Below the pieces are notes generated by a model that was given only the letters and a program-made list of their open reading frames with translations, was not told the DNA's origin and did no database searches. Shown piece by piece: positions 37,633-47,074 of a stretch of DNA of 64,000 nucleotides (positions are counted from its first letter, which is position 1; each line of letters starts with the position of its first letter). This DNA is from an uncultured Gammaproteobacteria bacterium (GTDB taxonomy: Bacteria; Patescibacteriota; Microgenomatia; Levybacterales; UBA12049), in contig CAZWXQ010000001.1 in assembly GCA_964637955.1 (NCBI GenBank), forward strand, positions 118,993-182,992. The letters are read 5' to 3'. The position numbers and the translations under genes were made by a program.

Positions 37633-38721
37633 TTGGTAAATGATAAGATAATATATATGGATAAAACTGCCCAAGGATTAGCCGCTGAGATCACAAAACT
37701 CGAACAGGAATTAGCCAGTAATAAGCTTCCTCCTGAGCTTCTTGAAAAAGGTCGAGGAATGATTGAAATTCTTAAAGTTTCACTTGCTCAGGGTGGAAAT
37801 TATGGAAATCTTGAGGGAGTAGCAAATTATATAGATGTAATTTCGGCAATTCCATTTGAAACTATGACACCTGATAACTCAGATTTAAATAATGCTAAAG
37901 AAATTCTTAACAAAAATCATTATGGACTTGCTACGGCTAAAGATAGAATTTTAGAATACCTGGCCTCAATTATGCTTAATATAAAAAATAATAATACATC
38001 AGTGACTCATGCTCCGATTCTTTGCTTAGTCGGGCTCGTAGGAACTGGAAAGACTACTCTTTCAAAGTCAGTGGCAGATGCGCTGGGACGTAAGTTTGAG
38101 CGTATTCCTCTTGGAGGAATGGGAGATGTAAGAGCAATAAGAGGTCAATCTCGAGTTTATCCAGACGCAGAACCTGGTCAAATCATAAAGAAAATAATTC
38201 ATGCTAAGAGTAAAAACTGTGTGATTCTTCTTGATGAATTAGATCGCGTAACTGACGCTGCACGTGCAGATATTATGGGTGCACTAGTTGAGCTTTTGGA
38301 TCCAGAGCAAAATATGGCTTTTACGGATCACTACGTAGATTTTCCGGTAGATTTAAGTAATGTTCTATTTATCGCAACAGCAAATAATACAACAAACATT
38401 TCGACAGCAGTTCTCGACCGTCTTGAGTTAATACAAATGCCTTCATATTCAGATGAGGAGAAAATGGTAATTGGCAAGAATTTTCTTCTTCCAAAAATCG
38501 CTGCATTTTCAGGATTGCAACCAAATACGCTTGCAGTTGATGATAGCGTTTGGCCACTTATAATTCGCCCTCTCGGATTTGACTCAGGTATTAGAAGTTT
38601 GGAGAGGACAATTGAAGGGATTTGTCGAAAGGTGGCAAGGCTTTTGGTCGAAGGCCAAATTCAGCAAGGTGCTATAATTACAATTAATTCACAGAATATA
38701 AAACAATTCATGCCCCAATGA
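37633..38721 (+). CDS. Lon-like AAA+ ATPase module only (Walker A GLVGTGKTT, LLDELDR, LDPEQN…DHYVDFPVDLSNVLFIATAN, LDRLELI); no LON N-domain and no S16 protease domain
   Basis: Strong motif-by-motif resemblance to the ATPase domain of LonA; ORF ends at 38721 and next gene is RNase J. Confidence 0.65.
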   Translation: MVNDKIIYMDKTAQGLAAEITKLEQELASNKLPPELLEKGRGMIEILKVSLAQGGNYGNLEGVANYIDVISAIPFETMTPDNSDLNNAKEILNKNHYGLATAKDRILEYLASIMLNIKNNNTSVTHAPILCLVGLVGTGKTTLSKSVADALGRKFERIPLGGMGDVRAIRGQSRVYPDAEPGQIIKKIIHAKSKNCVILLDELDRVTDAARADIMGALVELLDPEQNMAFTDHYVDFPVDLSNVLFIATANNTTNISTAVLDRLELIQMPSYSDEEKMVIGKNFLLPKIAAFSGLQPNTLAVDDSVWPLIIRPLGFDSGIRSLERTIEGICRKVARLLVEGQIQQGAIITINSQNIKQFMPQ

Positions 38722-38784
38722 TAAAATTTATTGGGATAATAATCCCAAAAGATTGGGAAGTGGGATTAAAACCCAAATAAAATA

Positions 38785-40461
38785 TTGAAAATAAAAATGA
38801 ATACAAATGATACATTAAAATACTTACCTCTTGGTGGCGTAACCGGCGTTACCAAAAACATGCATTTATATGAATATAACGACCAGATTCTAATTGTAGA
38901 TTGTGGAATTGGTTTTGCAGATGAAAATATGCTTGGAGTGGACCTTATGCTTCCAGATATTTCCTATTTACTTAAAAATCCTCAGAAAAAAATTGTCGGA
39001 ATAGCCATTACTCATGGACACGAAGATCACTTGGGTGCGCTTCCATATATTCTTCCCCAGCTTCCAGGAAAATTTGACGTTTTCGCGACGCCTCTTGCAG
39101 CAGGTTTTATAAATGAAAAATTAAAGGAATTTAATCTTAATTCAAAAGTAGTAAGTATTAATTTTGATCGCGATGTGCTTCTAGGACCTTTTATGATTTC
39201 ATTTATCAGAGTTACTCACTCGGTTCTAGATACTTCAAATATTTTTATAAAAACTCCGGTCGGAAATATTTATCATGGGTCTGATTTTAAATTTGATATG
39301 ACTCCATATGATGGTCATAAATCCGATTTTGCGAAGATTGTGCGCAAATCAGACGAAGGAATAATGTGTCTTATGTCAGACTGTTTGGGCGCTGAGAGAG
39401 TAGGATTTACTCCAACAGAACTTCCAATTGGAGACAAGATTTATGAAGAAATGAAAAGCACTACAGGTAAGTTTATAGTTACTACTTACTCTTCAAACAT
39501 AAATAGACTTAATCAAATTCTAGACGGCGCAAAAGCTCTAAATAGGAGGATATGCTTTGTAGGCAGGTCACTTATAAAAGCAAAAGATGTTGCAGTTTCC
39601 CTAGGTTACATGAAGATAGATAAGAATATGGAAATTGAACTGCACGATGTTAGAAATTATAACGATAAACAGGTAGTTCTAATAGTCGCAGGAAGTCAGG
39701 GTCAGGAGAATTCTGCCTTAAGTAGAATTGCTCATGGAGATCATAGAGATATAAGAGTAAATCCAAATGACACCATTCTTTTTTCTTCAGATCCTATTCC
39801 GGGAAATGAAATTGCAGTAAATTCTCTGATAGATGATATAGCTAAAGCTGGAGCGAGAGTGCTTTATTCAACAGTTTCAAATAACCTTCATGTTTCAGGT
39901 CATGGCCCACAGGGAGATTTGTCACTTCTTATGAGTTTGGTTCGACCTAAAAAGGTTTTGCCGATTGGGGGAACTTATAAGCATATGGTGGCATATAAAA
40001 ATCTAGCAAAGAAAAATGGATTTGAGAATAAAGATATACTTTTGCCTGATGATGGTCAGGAAGTTGTATTTACTAAGGCTGGAGATGCAAGGTTGGGAAA
40101 GAAGATCGCTCTTCAAAATATTTATGTAGATCAAGTTTCAGGTGAAGAAGTAGACACTTTTGTTCTTAGAGATCGTGAGAAGATTTCTAAAGAAGGTGTG
40201 GTTATTGTAATGTGCGAAGTTGATACATTTGGAGGATTGGTCGATAAACCAAATATAATAGTTCGAGGATTTTCTGGTGCAGAAGTTCCTGAAATAGTGA
40301 ATGGACTTGCGGCTGAAATAAAAAATAACATTAAGCCAAAAAATACAAAAGTTAATGATTGGGCATATGTAAGAAAGTCTATTGGAAATATATCCGAGCG
40401 CTATCTCGGCAAGAAAATGAAACGACATCCTCTAGTTCTTCCCGTAGTTATTGAGGTTTAA
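38785..40461 (+). CDS. rnj: Ribonuclease J (MBL + beta-CASP + C-terminal domain; HGHEDHLGALPYI)
   Basis: N-terminal …LPLGGVTGVTKNMHLYEY…; canonical RNase J motifs. Confidence 0.85.
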   Translation: MKIKMNTNDTLKYLPLGGVTGVTKNMHLYEYNDQILIVDCGIGFADENMLGVDLMLPDISYLLKNPQKKIVGIAITHGHEDHLGALPYILPQLPGKFDVFATPLAAGFINEKLKEFNLNSKVVSINFDRDVLLGPFMISFIRVTHSVLDTSNIFIKTPVGNIYHGSDFKFDMTPYDGHKSDFAKIVRKSDEGIMCLMSDCLGAERVGFTPTELPIGDKIYEEMKSTTGKFIVTTYSSNINRLNQILDGAKALNRRICFVGRSLIKAKDVAVSLGYMKIDKNMEIELHDVRNYNDKQVVLIVAGSQGQENSALSRIAHGDHRDIRVNPNDTILFSSDPIPGNEIAVNSLIDDIAKAGARVLYSTVSNNLHVSGHGPQGDLSLLMSLVRPKKVLPIGGTYKHMVAYKNLAKKNGFENKDILLPDDGQEVVFTKAGDARLGKKIALQNIYVDQVSGEEVDTFVLRDREKISKEGVVIVMCEVDTFGGLVDKPNIIVRGFSGAEVPEIVNGLAAEIKNNIKPKNTKVNDWAYVRKSIGNISERYLGKKMKRHPLVLPVVIEV

Positions 40462-42110
40462 TTTTTTAATTTTATTGATGAGATTATTTCGTCAAGCTTA
40501 GATACATCAGCTTCAGAAAGTCTGTCATAGATTATCTCCATGGCAAAATCGTCTTTCACGATATAAATTCTTTTTTTTGAGGTTGCAAATTCTTTATCAA
40601 TAATATACATGCGATAGCCATTAATGTCTTTTATGTCGGTTACCTTAGAGTAATATGGATCATTTAATAATTCGTCAATGTCTTTTTTTGAATCAATATA
40701 ATAAGCTTCATCCCAATAATCAAAGTCATCATAAAATTGATCGTAGGTAGATGTTTCAATAGTTCCATCAACTTCTATGTTTGAGCTTATCTTACCATCA
40801 AGTAAAAATCCTATTTTTTTATTTCCATCTATGTCAGTAGATTCATCAACATCTGCCCCGTCGGGATAATTTATTGAGAAATATTTATTTTCAAACGTTC
40901 TGGGTTCAAGATTTTTATTTTTACTTATGGATATTGTTGGAATTAGACTAACTAAAACATTTTGTCCATTTTCATTGTAGTGATCAAGGATAAGTGAATA
41001 AATAGCATCATCCGCTTTTATCATTATTGATAAATTGTTAAAATTATCCTGGGTTCTGTAATCATTTCTGTTAAAAAGCAGATATTCCTCACCGGATGAC
41101 AATTTGCCTTCTTTTATTTTTGTAACTTTTATATCATTAACCTCATCTTCAAATGACTCCTTATTTAATGGAAAAGATTTTGTTTTATTGAATCTTTCCA
41201 GTACGTAATTATATTGATTAGAATTTTCTCTAGAGTCCCTTCTTATATAGATAATATTTAATTTTCTTTCTTTCGATTTCTCGATTAGATAATCTTCCTC
41301 AATTTCTTTTTTTGTGGGTTTTAATTCTGAAACGTATTCATTTTCCAATTTTTGCCAATTTGATGGATACTTGAAGCTAATTCCTAATGATTTTCCTTCA
41401 AAAGTTGCCCAATTAGAAGTTGAAATAGTACTGATCTTGCTGATCTCTGGTGTTTTTGGTTTTTTGATTTGATAAATGATTTCAGGAAGGATAAAAATTC
41501 CCGATAAAGAAACTATGAATATTAATATTAATATTAATTCAATTATTATCCAAATCGGAACTTTTCTTTTTTTCTCATTTGAATTATTTATTATTCTTTG
41601 ACTTTCGATAGCAGCGTTACTAGTCGGTTGAAGGGGACTAGCTGCTGTATTTGTTTCTAGCTGTGTATTTTGGTTATCTACTGATTTTTCTTTGAATAAA
41701 TGTTTGAGTAATATAGTGCCTATGATTAAGTTAAATCCCGTCGCCCAAATAGGGCCAGCTATAAATCCTCCAAATCCTGCAAATTCGCAACCAGAATTAC
41801 TAAAGGCATTACATAAATATGAATCTAGAGTTCCAAATAATAAAGCAAAAACAAAATATATAAATAAATAAAGAAATTGCAGTAATATAAGTGAAACAAA
41901 TATTCTTATTGTGAATTTTTTAAAAATTGCGAGGGTTATTGCGATAGTTAGTGCTCCAATAATGGGAATGTTTAATATTCCTGCATATAGAATATATTCA
42001 ATATCATTTTTTTTGTTAAATTTGGGTAATAGTATTAATAATCCGAGCGTAATTGGTACCCACTGTGTATAAATTGGAGCAAAAATTAAGAGATAAAGAT
42101 TATCAAGCAT
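40458..42110 (-). CDS. Polytopic membrane protein with large extracytoplasmic C-terminal domain, hypothetical
   Basis: Multiple hydrophobic helices in N-terminal 200 aa. Confidence 0.45.
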   Translation of the reverse strand: MLDNLYLLIFAPIYTQWVPITLGLLILLPKFNKKNDIEYILYAGILNIPIIGALTIAITLAIFKKFTIRIFVSLILLQFLYLFIYFVFALLFGTLDSYLCNAFSNSGCEFAGFGGFIAGPIWATGFNLIIGTILLKHLFKEKSVDNQNTQLETNTAASPLQPTSNAAIESQRIINNSNEKKRKVPIWIIIELILILIFIVSLSGIFILPEIIYQIKKPKTPEISKISTISTSNWATFEGKSLGISFKYPSNWQKLENEYVSELKPTKKEIEEDYLIEKSKERKLNIIYIRRDSRENSNQYNYVLERFNKTKSFPLNKESFEDEVNDIKVTKIKEGKLSSGEEYLLFNRNDYRTQDNFNNLSIMIKADDAIYSLILDHYNENGQNVLVSLIPTISISKNKNLEPRTFENKYFSINYPDGADVDESTDIDGNKKIGFLLDGKISSNIEVDGTIETSTYDQFYDDFDYWDEAYYIDSKKDIDELLNDPYYSKVTDIKDINGYRMYIIDKEFATSKKRIYIVKDDFAMEIIYDRLSEADVSKLDEIISSIKLKN

Positions 42111-42321
42111 TTATATAATATTCACATTTAAAATTTATGATGTCAATTTATAGATAGTGGGTTCTCGATAAGATTCAGATCTTAAATTTTGAGATTGCTG
42201 CTTTTCAAATTTTACATTCATTTTTAGAGTCTTATGGAAAAGATATATAATCCAAAACTATTTTCTAGAGAATAGTATCTTAAAATTGACAAAATTTGCT
42301 AACCCTTCGGTCTTTCCGCAA

Positions 42322-43500
42322 TTATTGAGGTCTAGTTAGGTGGGTTTCGAAAAATCCTACTCCAGTAAAATTTCTTCCAAAAATTGTGCCATTAAATGCA
42401 CTTGAAGCCTCAGTAAATCTAGGTCCGATTGGCAGTTGAAAGATTTGATTATCAGAATTTGTCTTTCCGTTTGAAGTTAGAAAAGTCTGATTATTTAGAT
42501 TAAGATTTAGATTCCAGTTATTTGGAAAATTAGTACTGCCATAATTATTAATATTTAAATTTCCAACATTTCCACATCTGTTATTTCCGTTTGGATTTCT
42601 TTTTACCCAATATGAATATTTGGGTCCTGAGTCATAAATTTGAGTTACAAAGCCAACTGCATGATCAGGATTTGATCTACTAAACAAATTATCAGTTTCC
42701 GTAAAGTGCATATTAGTCCAGTAGTGTCCTTTCCAATCAGGGGGCGGTGAAGAATTAAACCATTGGTGGTCAATCCAAGCTTTTCCGGATTTGATTTCTA
42801 ATACGCTGCCGTTTATGTCTGTAATTTTTCCTGAAATATCAAGATCAGGAATGCTGTAGTAAAAAGTATCATTAGGCTTAAATACTGAAATTTTCCCTAT
42901 GCAACTACCATTTTCTTCTCCCCAAAGTAATGGCTTAGAAACACCTGTTGTTGGGGCAGTTCTTTCTTTCAGGACTAAATTAAATGTTCCAATTTCTGGA
43001 GTTCTACCATTTAATTTAAAAATACGTTTCCTATCACTATCTTGTGGCATTTCCTGAAGAATCATGTATCTGTCGCTATTTTCATAATTTAAAAATAAAT
43101 ATTTATTATTTTTTAAATAACTGGTTATTTTCCCATTTGAGTTAGTATTTTCCGCAAATGTTGAATTAGTTTTATCATTCCTACTGCTAAGTAAGTAAAA
43201 ATTTCCTAAAATTCTTGAAAACGAAATTACGTAATCTAATTGCTTATTTTCGCTGGTGTTTGTGATTAGATTTAAGTACCACCATTCAGAATTATAAGAA
43301 GGATGCGCATTATAATCTCGGGGGAAAGAGATTAAAGCTGAAGCGCTGGATCTGTTTACGTAAAGCTGAATTTTTGGAATTAAATTTGCCAGAACGATTA
43401 GTATTAATGCGCTTAAAAGTAAGAAGAATAGAGCCCATTTATTTTTTTGATGTGATTTAGACATATATTTGATGATAAACAATATCTTAATCGATATCAA
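42322..43500 (-). CDS. Secreted AttH/CrtC-like lipocalin-domain protein (…HPSYNSEWWYLNLI…)
   Basis: N-terminal signal/TM; EWWY motif region characteristic of the AttH/CrtC N-terminal domain family. Confidence 0.45.
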   Translation of the reverse strand: MISIKILFIIKYMSKSHQKNKWALFFLLLSALILIVLANLIPKIQLYVNRSSASALISFPRDYNAHPSYNSEWWYLNLITNTSENKQLDYVISFSRILGNFYLLSSRNDKTNSTFAENTNSNGKITSYLKNNKYLFLNYENSDRYMILQEMPQDSDRKRIFKLNGRTPEIGTFNLVLKERTAPTTGVSKPLLWGEENGSCIGKISVFKPNDTFYYSIPDLDISGKITDINGSVLEIKSGKAWIDHQWFNSSPPPDWKGHYWTNMHFTETDNLFSRSNPDHAVGFVTQIYDSGPKYSYWVKRNPNGNNRCGNVGNLNINNYGSTNFPNNWNLNLNLNNQTFLTSNGKTNSDNQIFQLPIGPRFTEASSAFNGTIFGRNFTGVGFFETHLTRPQ

Positions 43501-43532
43501 ATATCTGTCAATTTTGTTTATTTTATTGAAGT

Positions 43533-44021
43533 TTAATTGCTAAGTTGAAGAGGGATTATTACTTTATCAATCTCGCTTCCATCTTTGGCGCTGTATTGAA
43601 AGACTTCAAGAGTTCCTTCAGTTTGATCTGAAGTAAATGCAATAGCTTTCTCAAAAGGTCCAAATTGGCCTGCTTCTGGGGCATTCGCAATGGTACTTGT
43701 TTCTATAAGTATGTTTCCATTTGAATCTATTAATCTAAGAGTCACACTGTTTTCGAAAGTCCTTGCATTCCCTTTTATTACAAATCCCGATTTAACATTG
43801 TCTCCCATGAGAGGAGATAATACTTCAATATTCTTAGAAGCAGATGGTGTAATGGAGCTACGAGTTTCAATATCGCTTGATGCGATTGAGACGGTAGGAT
43901 ATGGGGTAGTTGCTGCAAGTTGATTTTTTAGATCATTTGGAGATAAGTTACGTGCTACAAAAATCATAAAAATGGCAGCAGGAATAAGGATCAGAAGTAG
44001 AATTAATACATCTTTTCTCAA
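43533..44021 (-). CDS. Secreted Gmad2 immunoglobulin-like domain protein
   Basis: …IKGNARTFENSVTLRLIDSNGNIL…EVFQYSAKDGS… matches the Gmad2 pattern. Confidence 0.5.
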   Translation of the reverse strand: MRKDVLILLLILIPAAIFMIFVARNLSPNDLKNQLAATTPYPTVSIASSDIETRSSITPSASKNIEVLSPLMGDNVKSGFVIKGNARTFENSVTLRLIDSNGNILIETSTIANAPEAGQFGPFEKAIAFTSDQTEGTLEVFQYSAKDGSEIDKVIIPLQLSN

Positions 44022-44066
44022 AGCCTAAATATGTTAGCATTTAAGCTTATAGAAAGTCAAACTAGC

Positions 44067-44309
44067 TTATTTTGTCTGCCTTATTGGGATGCTTTTGAAT
44101 GTAAAAAGGTTTACGAGTCGCATCCTGAAGTTTTTTGGGAGTCTTATTTTTGTGGAGTTTGAAAGGATCATATAAATACAAAACGCCATTGCAAAATTAA
44201 GTAACACAGGACCAAGTTCCAATGGATGCGTGATGGCATATCTAATTTGTGCGATTGAAGTAATCGAAAATAAAAATAGAATTGTAAGTAATACTGATAA
44301 AATTTTCAT
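44067..44309 (-). CDS. Small membrane protein, hypothetical
   Basis: ORF with two hydrophobic segments. Confidence 0.3.
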   Translation of the reverse strand: MKILSVLLTILFLFSITSIAQIRYAITHPLELGPVLLNFAMAFCIYMILSNSTKIRLPKNFRMRLVNLFTFKSIPIRQTK

Positions 44310-44371
44310 AGAATTAATATATAACTTAAGGGTTAAAAATTCTTAGCAAAAAAGTAGTAATTTTGTAAGAG

Positions 44372-45049
44372 TTATTGGCAGTTGAATTGTTGCAAACAGG
44401 CTGATTTGGCAGCTCCTGTGAGCGAATTACAAATTTTGCATTCCTGAGAGTTATCTGTAGAATTTGCAGAACTTGTAGGCGCAGTAGTAGTTTTTGTCAT
44501 AGCGTCAGTTGGCGCTGTGTTCCCAAAGCTGGTGAATTTAATTGTAGTAGGTGGAGTGAAAAGCTTGGCGTCCTCCGTCCAAGTTACACATTTAAAGTCC
44601 ATTTCTTTTTCGGGATCAAATGTATTAAATGATTCATTTTCTTGCATTTTTGAAGCAAAATCATTTACATTCATAACCATTTTTATTCCCATTGGGATAG
44701 AATCGCCCCACATATAAAATGTATCGCCTGTCCTGATCATATGAGCTACTGTTTCTTTGTTGTTAACAGTCGTTGAGATATCAGCGCGCGCGTTTTCTCC
44801 GGAAGTGTAGACTGTTCCGTTAGTATTTCCTTTTTCATTTTCAGTCGAGAATGTGCATTTTGATTTTTCACCCTTTGTTAAAAGTGCAGTTATAGAGTTT
44901 GCCATCGCATTATTTGGTGTAGGAGTGACTTGTTCTGCAACTGTGGTTACTTTATTTTTTGGTTGGGATTGGGAGTAAAGAAAAGCACCAGCTGCACCTA
45001 GTAAGATTAATACTCCCACAACTAATGCTATTATGGCCTGTTTAGTCAT
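44372..45049 (-). CDS. Secreted hypothetical protein with Cys-rich C-terminus
   Basis: N-terminal TM/signal, ORF. Confidence 0.4.
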   Translation of the reverse strand: MTKQAIIALVVGVLILLGAAGAFLYSQSQPKNKVTTVAEQVTPTPNNAMANSITALLTKGEKSKCTFSTENEKGNTNGTVYTSGENARADISTTVNNKETVAHMIRTGDTFYMWGDSIPMGIKMVMNVNDFASKMQENESFNTFDPEKEMDFKCVTWTEDAKLFTPPTTIKFTSFGNTAPTDAMTKTTTAPTSSANSTDNSQECKICNSLTGAAKSACLQQFNCQ

Positions 45050-45114
45050 AGGCGTATTCTACCTCAACCTGCATAAAAGTCAATAGAAAATTATATGTTA
45101 TTTATTATTAATCA

Positions 45115-45597
45115 ATGGATTCTGCGACTGAAACATTTACTGGAGAAAAAGAGATTGATGTTAGGCCTAAAGTTCAAATTGAATTCTTCGGATTTAGCCA
45201 TAATCCATTAAACTTAGATGTAGTACCGTATTTACGAAGCACATTTGAAGATCATTTAGCAAAATCACCAAATACTACTCTTTTTTTTGAAAGCGCTGAA
45301 GGTACACAGGAGGATTCTGATTTTCAAAACGAAGTTATAGAAAAATATGGGTTTAGAGCATTGCTTATATCAAGTTTAATTAATCAGAACGATGATGATA
45401 TTAGGTTGATTGGAAGTCCCGAGAACGTACAGAGGAGAATAAATGAAATTGAGACATCTATTATGAGCGGTGAACTAAGAATTGATCTTCTTCCTCTTCA
45501 AGATCTTCAAATGTATTTAATATATAGAGATCGATCAGTTAAAAGAGCTATACCCTTTTTCATTTCAAAGAGAAGCGCATTCTCCAGACGTGATTAG
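45115..45597 (+). CDS. Hypothetical protein (160 aa)
   Basis: ORF. Confidence 0.35.
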   Translation: MDSATETFTGEKEIDVRPKVQIEFFGFSHNPLNLDVVPYLRSTFEDHLAKSPNTTLFFESAEGTQEDSDFQNEVIEKYGFRALLISSLINQNDDDIRLIGSPENVQRRINEIETSIMSGELRIDLLPLQDLQMYLIYRDRSVKRAIPFFISKRSAFSRRD

Positions 45598-46144
45598 GAA
45601 AGCGCGAGGTCTTCGTCCGGAAGCTAACAGAATGTTTTCGGTTGCAGATGCTGCATGGCAGGAGGGTAGATTTGAAGTATTTAAAAAACTTGCTGATTCT
45701 TACCATAAATTATCAGTTGCAGGAGGTAGATACAGAGAAGAAGAAGCTGCTGAAATGCTTAAGAAAAAAACTAATAAATTAATGATGTCGACTGACGGTG
45801 GATCAATTTTTGTATTAATGGGTAGAAATCACTCAAGCATACTTGATCCACTAAGAAAAAAATTTAAAAAAGGGACTGTAGATTTCAAAGTATCAGGTGG
45901 TCTATCGGATTCTCTTGATAGATTAACGCCTATGCAGAGATATTTATCTATGGTAATTTTATTTAAGCTTGAGGATGAATATAACGTGCAGGAGAAAACT
46001 TTAGAATTTGGAAACAAGTTTACGGTAACTCAGGTTAAAATTGAAGAAATTGTTGCCAATTTAAAAGAAGAAGAAATTAAAGATTTATGCGAAACACAAG
46101 TTGAACTTCTTAAATTTATTAGAGAAAAAGGCTTAAACGCATGA
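45590..46144 (+). CDS. Hypothetical protein (184 aa); GTG start overlapping upstream ORF by 8 nt
   Basis: ORF. Confidence 0.35.
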   Translation: MIRKARGLRPEANRMFSVADAAWQEGRFEVFKKLADSYHKLSVAGGRYREEEAAEMLKKKTNKLMMSTDGGSIFVLMGRNHSSILDPLRKKFKKGTVDFKVSGGLSDSLDRLTPMQRYLSMVILFKLEDEYNVQEKTLEFGNKFTVTQVKIEEIVANLKEEEIKDLCETQVELLKFIREKGLNA

Positions 46145-46569
46145 AAAAAAGAGAGTCCGTAGGTAGATGCCCACTCGCTCTCTTTCTCTGCCAGCACTCA
46201 CGTCACCATCTCAATGCTTCGGATCCACAAATATTTTGCATCTCGACGGACCATCTCGTCCTTTTGTCATAACGCGGCATACTTTTACCCAGAGAAGTGA
46301 CTTCCGAGGAAGCCATCCTTAGCGGTATGCCCAGCTCTTGTTTGCCCTGCCATAGCGTACTACTTCAAACAACCTAAAGCTTAAATGCGCTAGGGGATTC
46401 CAAAACCCTTCGAAGAAAGATTTCGATTACCCCCATGCGGAGTCTATAAAGATTAGTCCGTTTAGATTGGATTGTCAATTAGTTCAAAGTATATCTCAAT
46501 ATTTCTTTTGACTTTATAAATAAAAATATCTATCTTGCATTTTTGTTCTCTTCAAATTATTATTAGGAC
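46145..46569. ncRNA. GC-rich (~50%) ORF-free block in an AT-rich genome; candidate structured ncRNA gene (tmRNA- or RNase P RNA-sized); strand and identity unresolved
   Basis: No ORF >=60 aa on either strand over ~425 bp; abundant local and long-range complementarity (e.g. AGAGAG…CUCUCU, GUAGGUAGAUGC…GCAUCU, GGAC…GUCC); minus-strand 5' segment GGGGGUAAUCGAAAUC…UUCGAAGGGUUUUGGAAUCCC is reminiscent of a tmRNA tRNA-like domain. Confidence 0.3.
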
Positions 46570-47013
46570 ATGAAAATCACTAGTCCTGCCTTTGAAGATA
46601 GCGACATGATTCCTGCTACATATACATGTGATTCAGATAACGTTAATCCCCCTCTTTTAATTTCAGATGTTCCAGAAGGGACTAAAAGCTTGGCTCTTAT
46701 TATGGATGACCCTGATGCGCCAGGTGAAGCATTCACTCATTGGATTATGTGGAATATTCCACCAGATACTACTAGGATTGAAGAAAATGATTGGGTAGAT
46801 GGAGCAGAACAAGGTATGAATGATGGTGGAGATTTAGGATACACAGGTCCATGTCCGCCGGAAGGAATTCATCATTATTATTTTAGGCTTTATGCTCTAG
46901 ATTCAGTGTTAGATTTACAAGGAGAAGTAACGCGAATGGATTTGGAAATGCAAATTAGTAGCCACATGATTGATGAAGCAGAGCTCATTGGTCTTTATAA
47001 ACTTCAATCATAG
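46570..47013 (+). CDS. YbhB/YbcL-family PEBP (Raf kinase inhibitor-like) protein
   Basis: …DDPDAPG…THW…GYTGPCPP…HHYYFRLYALD… PEBP signature. Confidence 0.8.
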   Translation: MKITSPAFEDSDMIPATYTCDSDNVNPPLLISDVPEGTKSLALIMDDPDAPGEAFTHWIMWNIPPDTTRIEENDWVDGAEQGMNDGGDLGYTGPCPPEGIHHYYFRLYALDSVLDLQGEVTRMDLEMQISSHMIDEAELIGLYKLQS

Positions 47014-47074
47014 CTCCACATCATTATCCTATAGCTTTAATTTTGCTTCAAAATAGAGTATAATTCCCCAGATT

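Noticed and set aside
37633-38721. Upstream 330-aa ORF (36579-37571) as the missing Lon N-domain
   Set aside because: Sequence lacks the LON/PUA-like N-domain hallmarks, so it is treated as an unrelated hypothetical protein
45115-46144. Two overlapping hypothetical ORFs as a single frameshifted gene
   Set aside because: 8-nt overlap with a plausible GTG start for the second ORF is equally consistent with translational coupling; no homology to support either reading
46145-46569. Attempt to call this block specifically RNase P RNA
   Set aside because: The conserved GGAAAGUCCGGGCUCC, GUAAGAGCGCACC and ACAGAAxCCGGCUUA elements (type A) and their type B equivalents were not found on either strand, so it is kept as unclassified ncRNA
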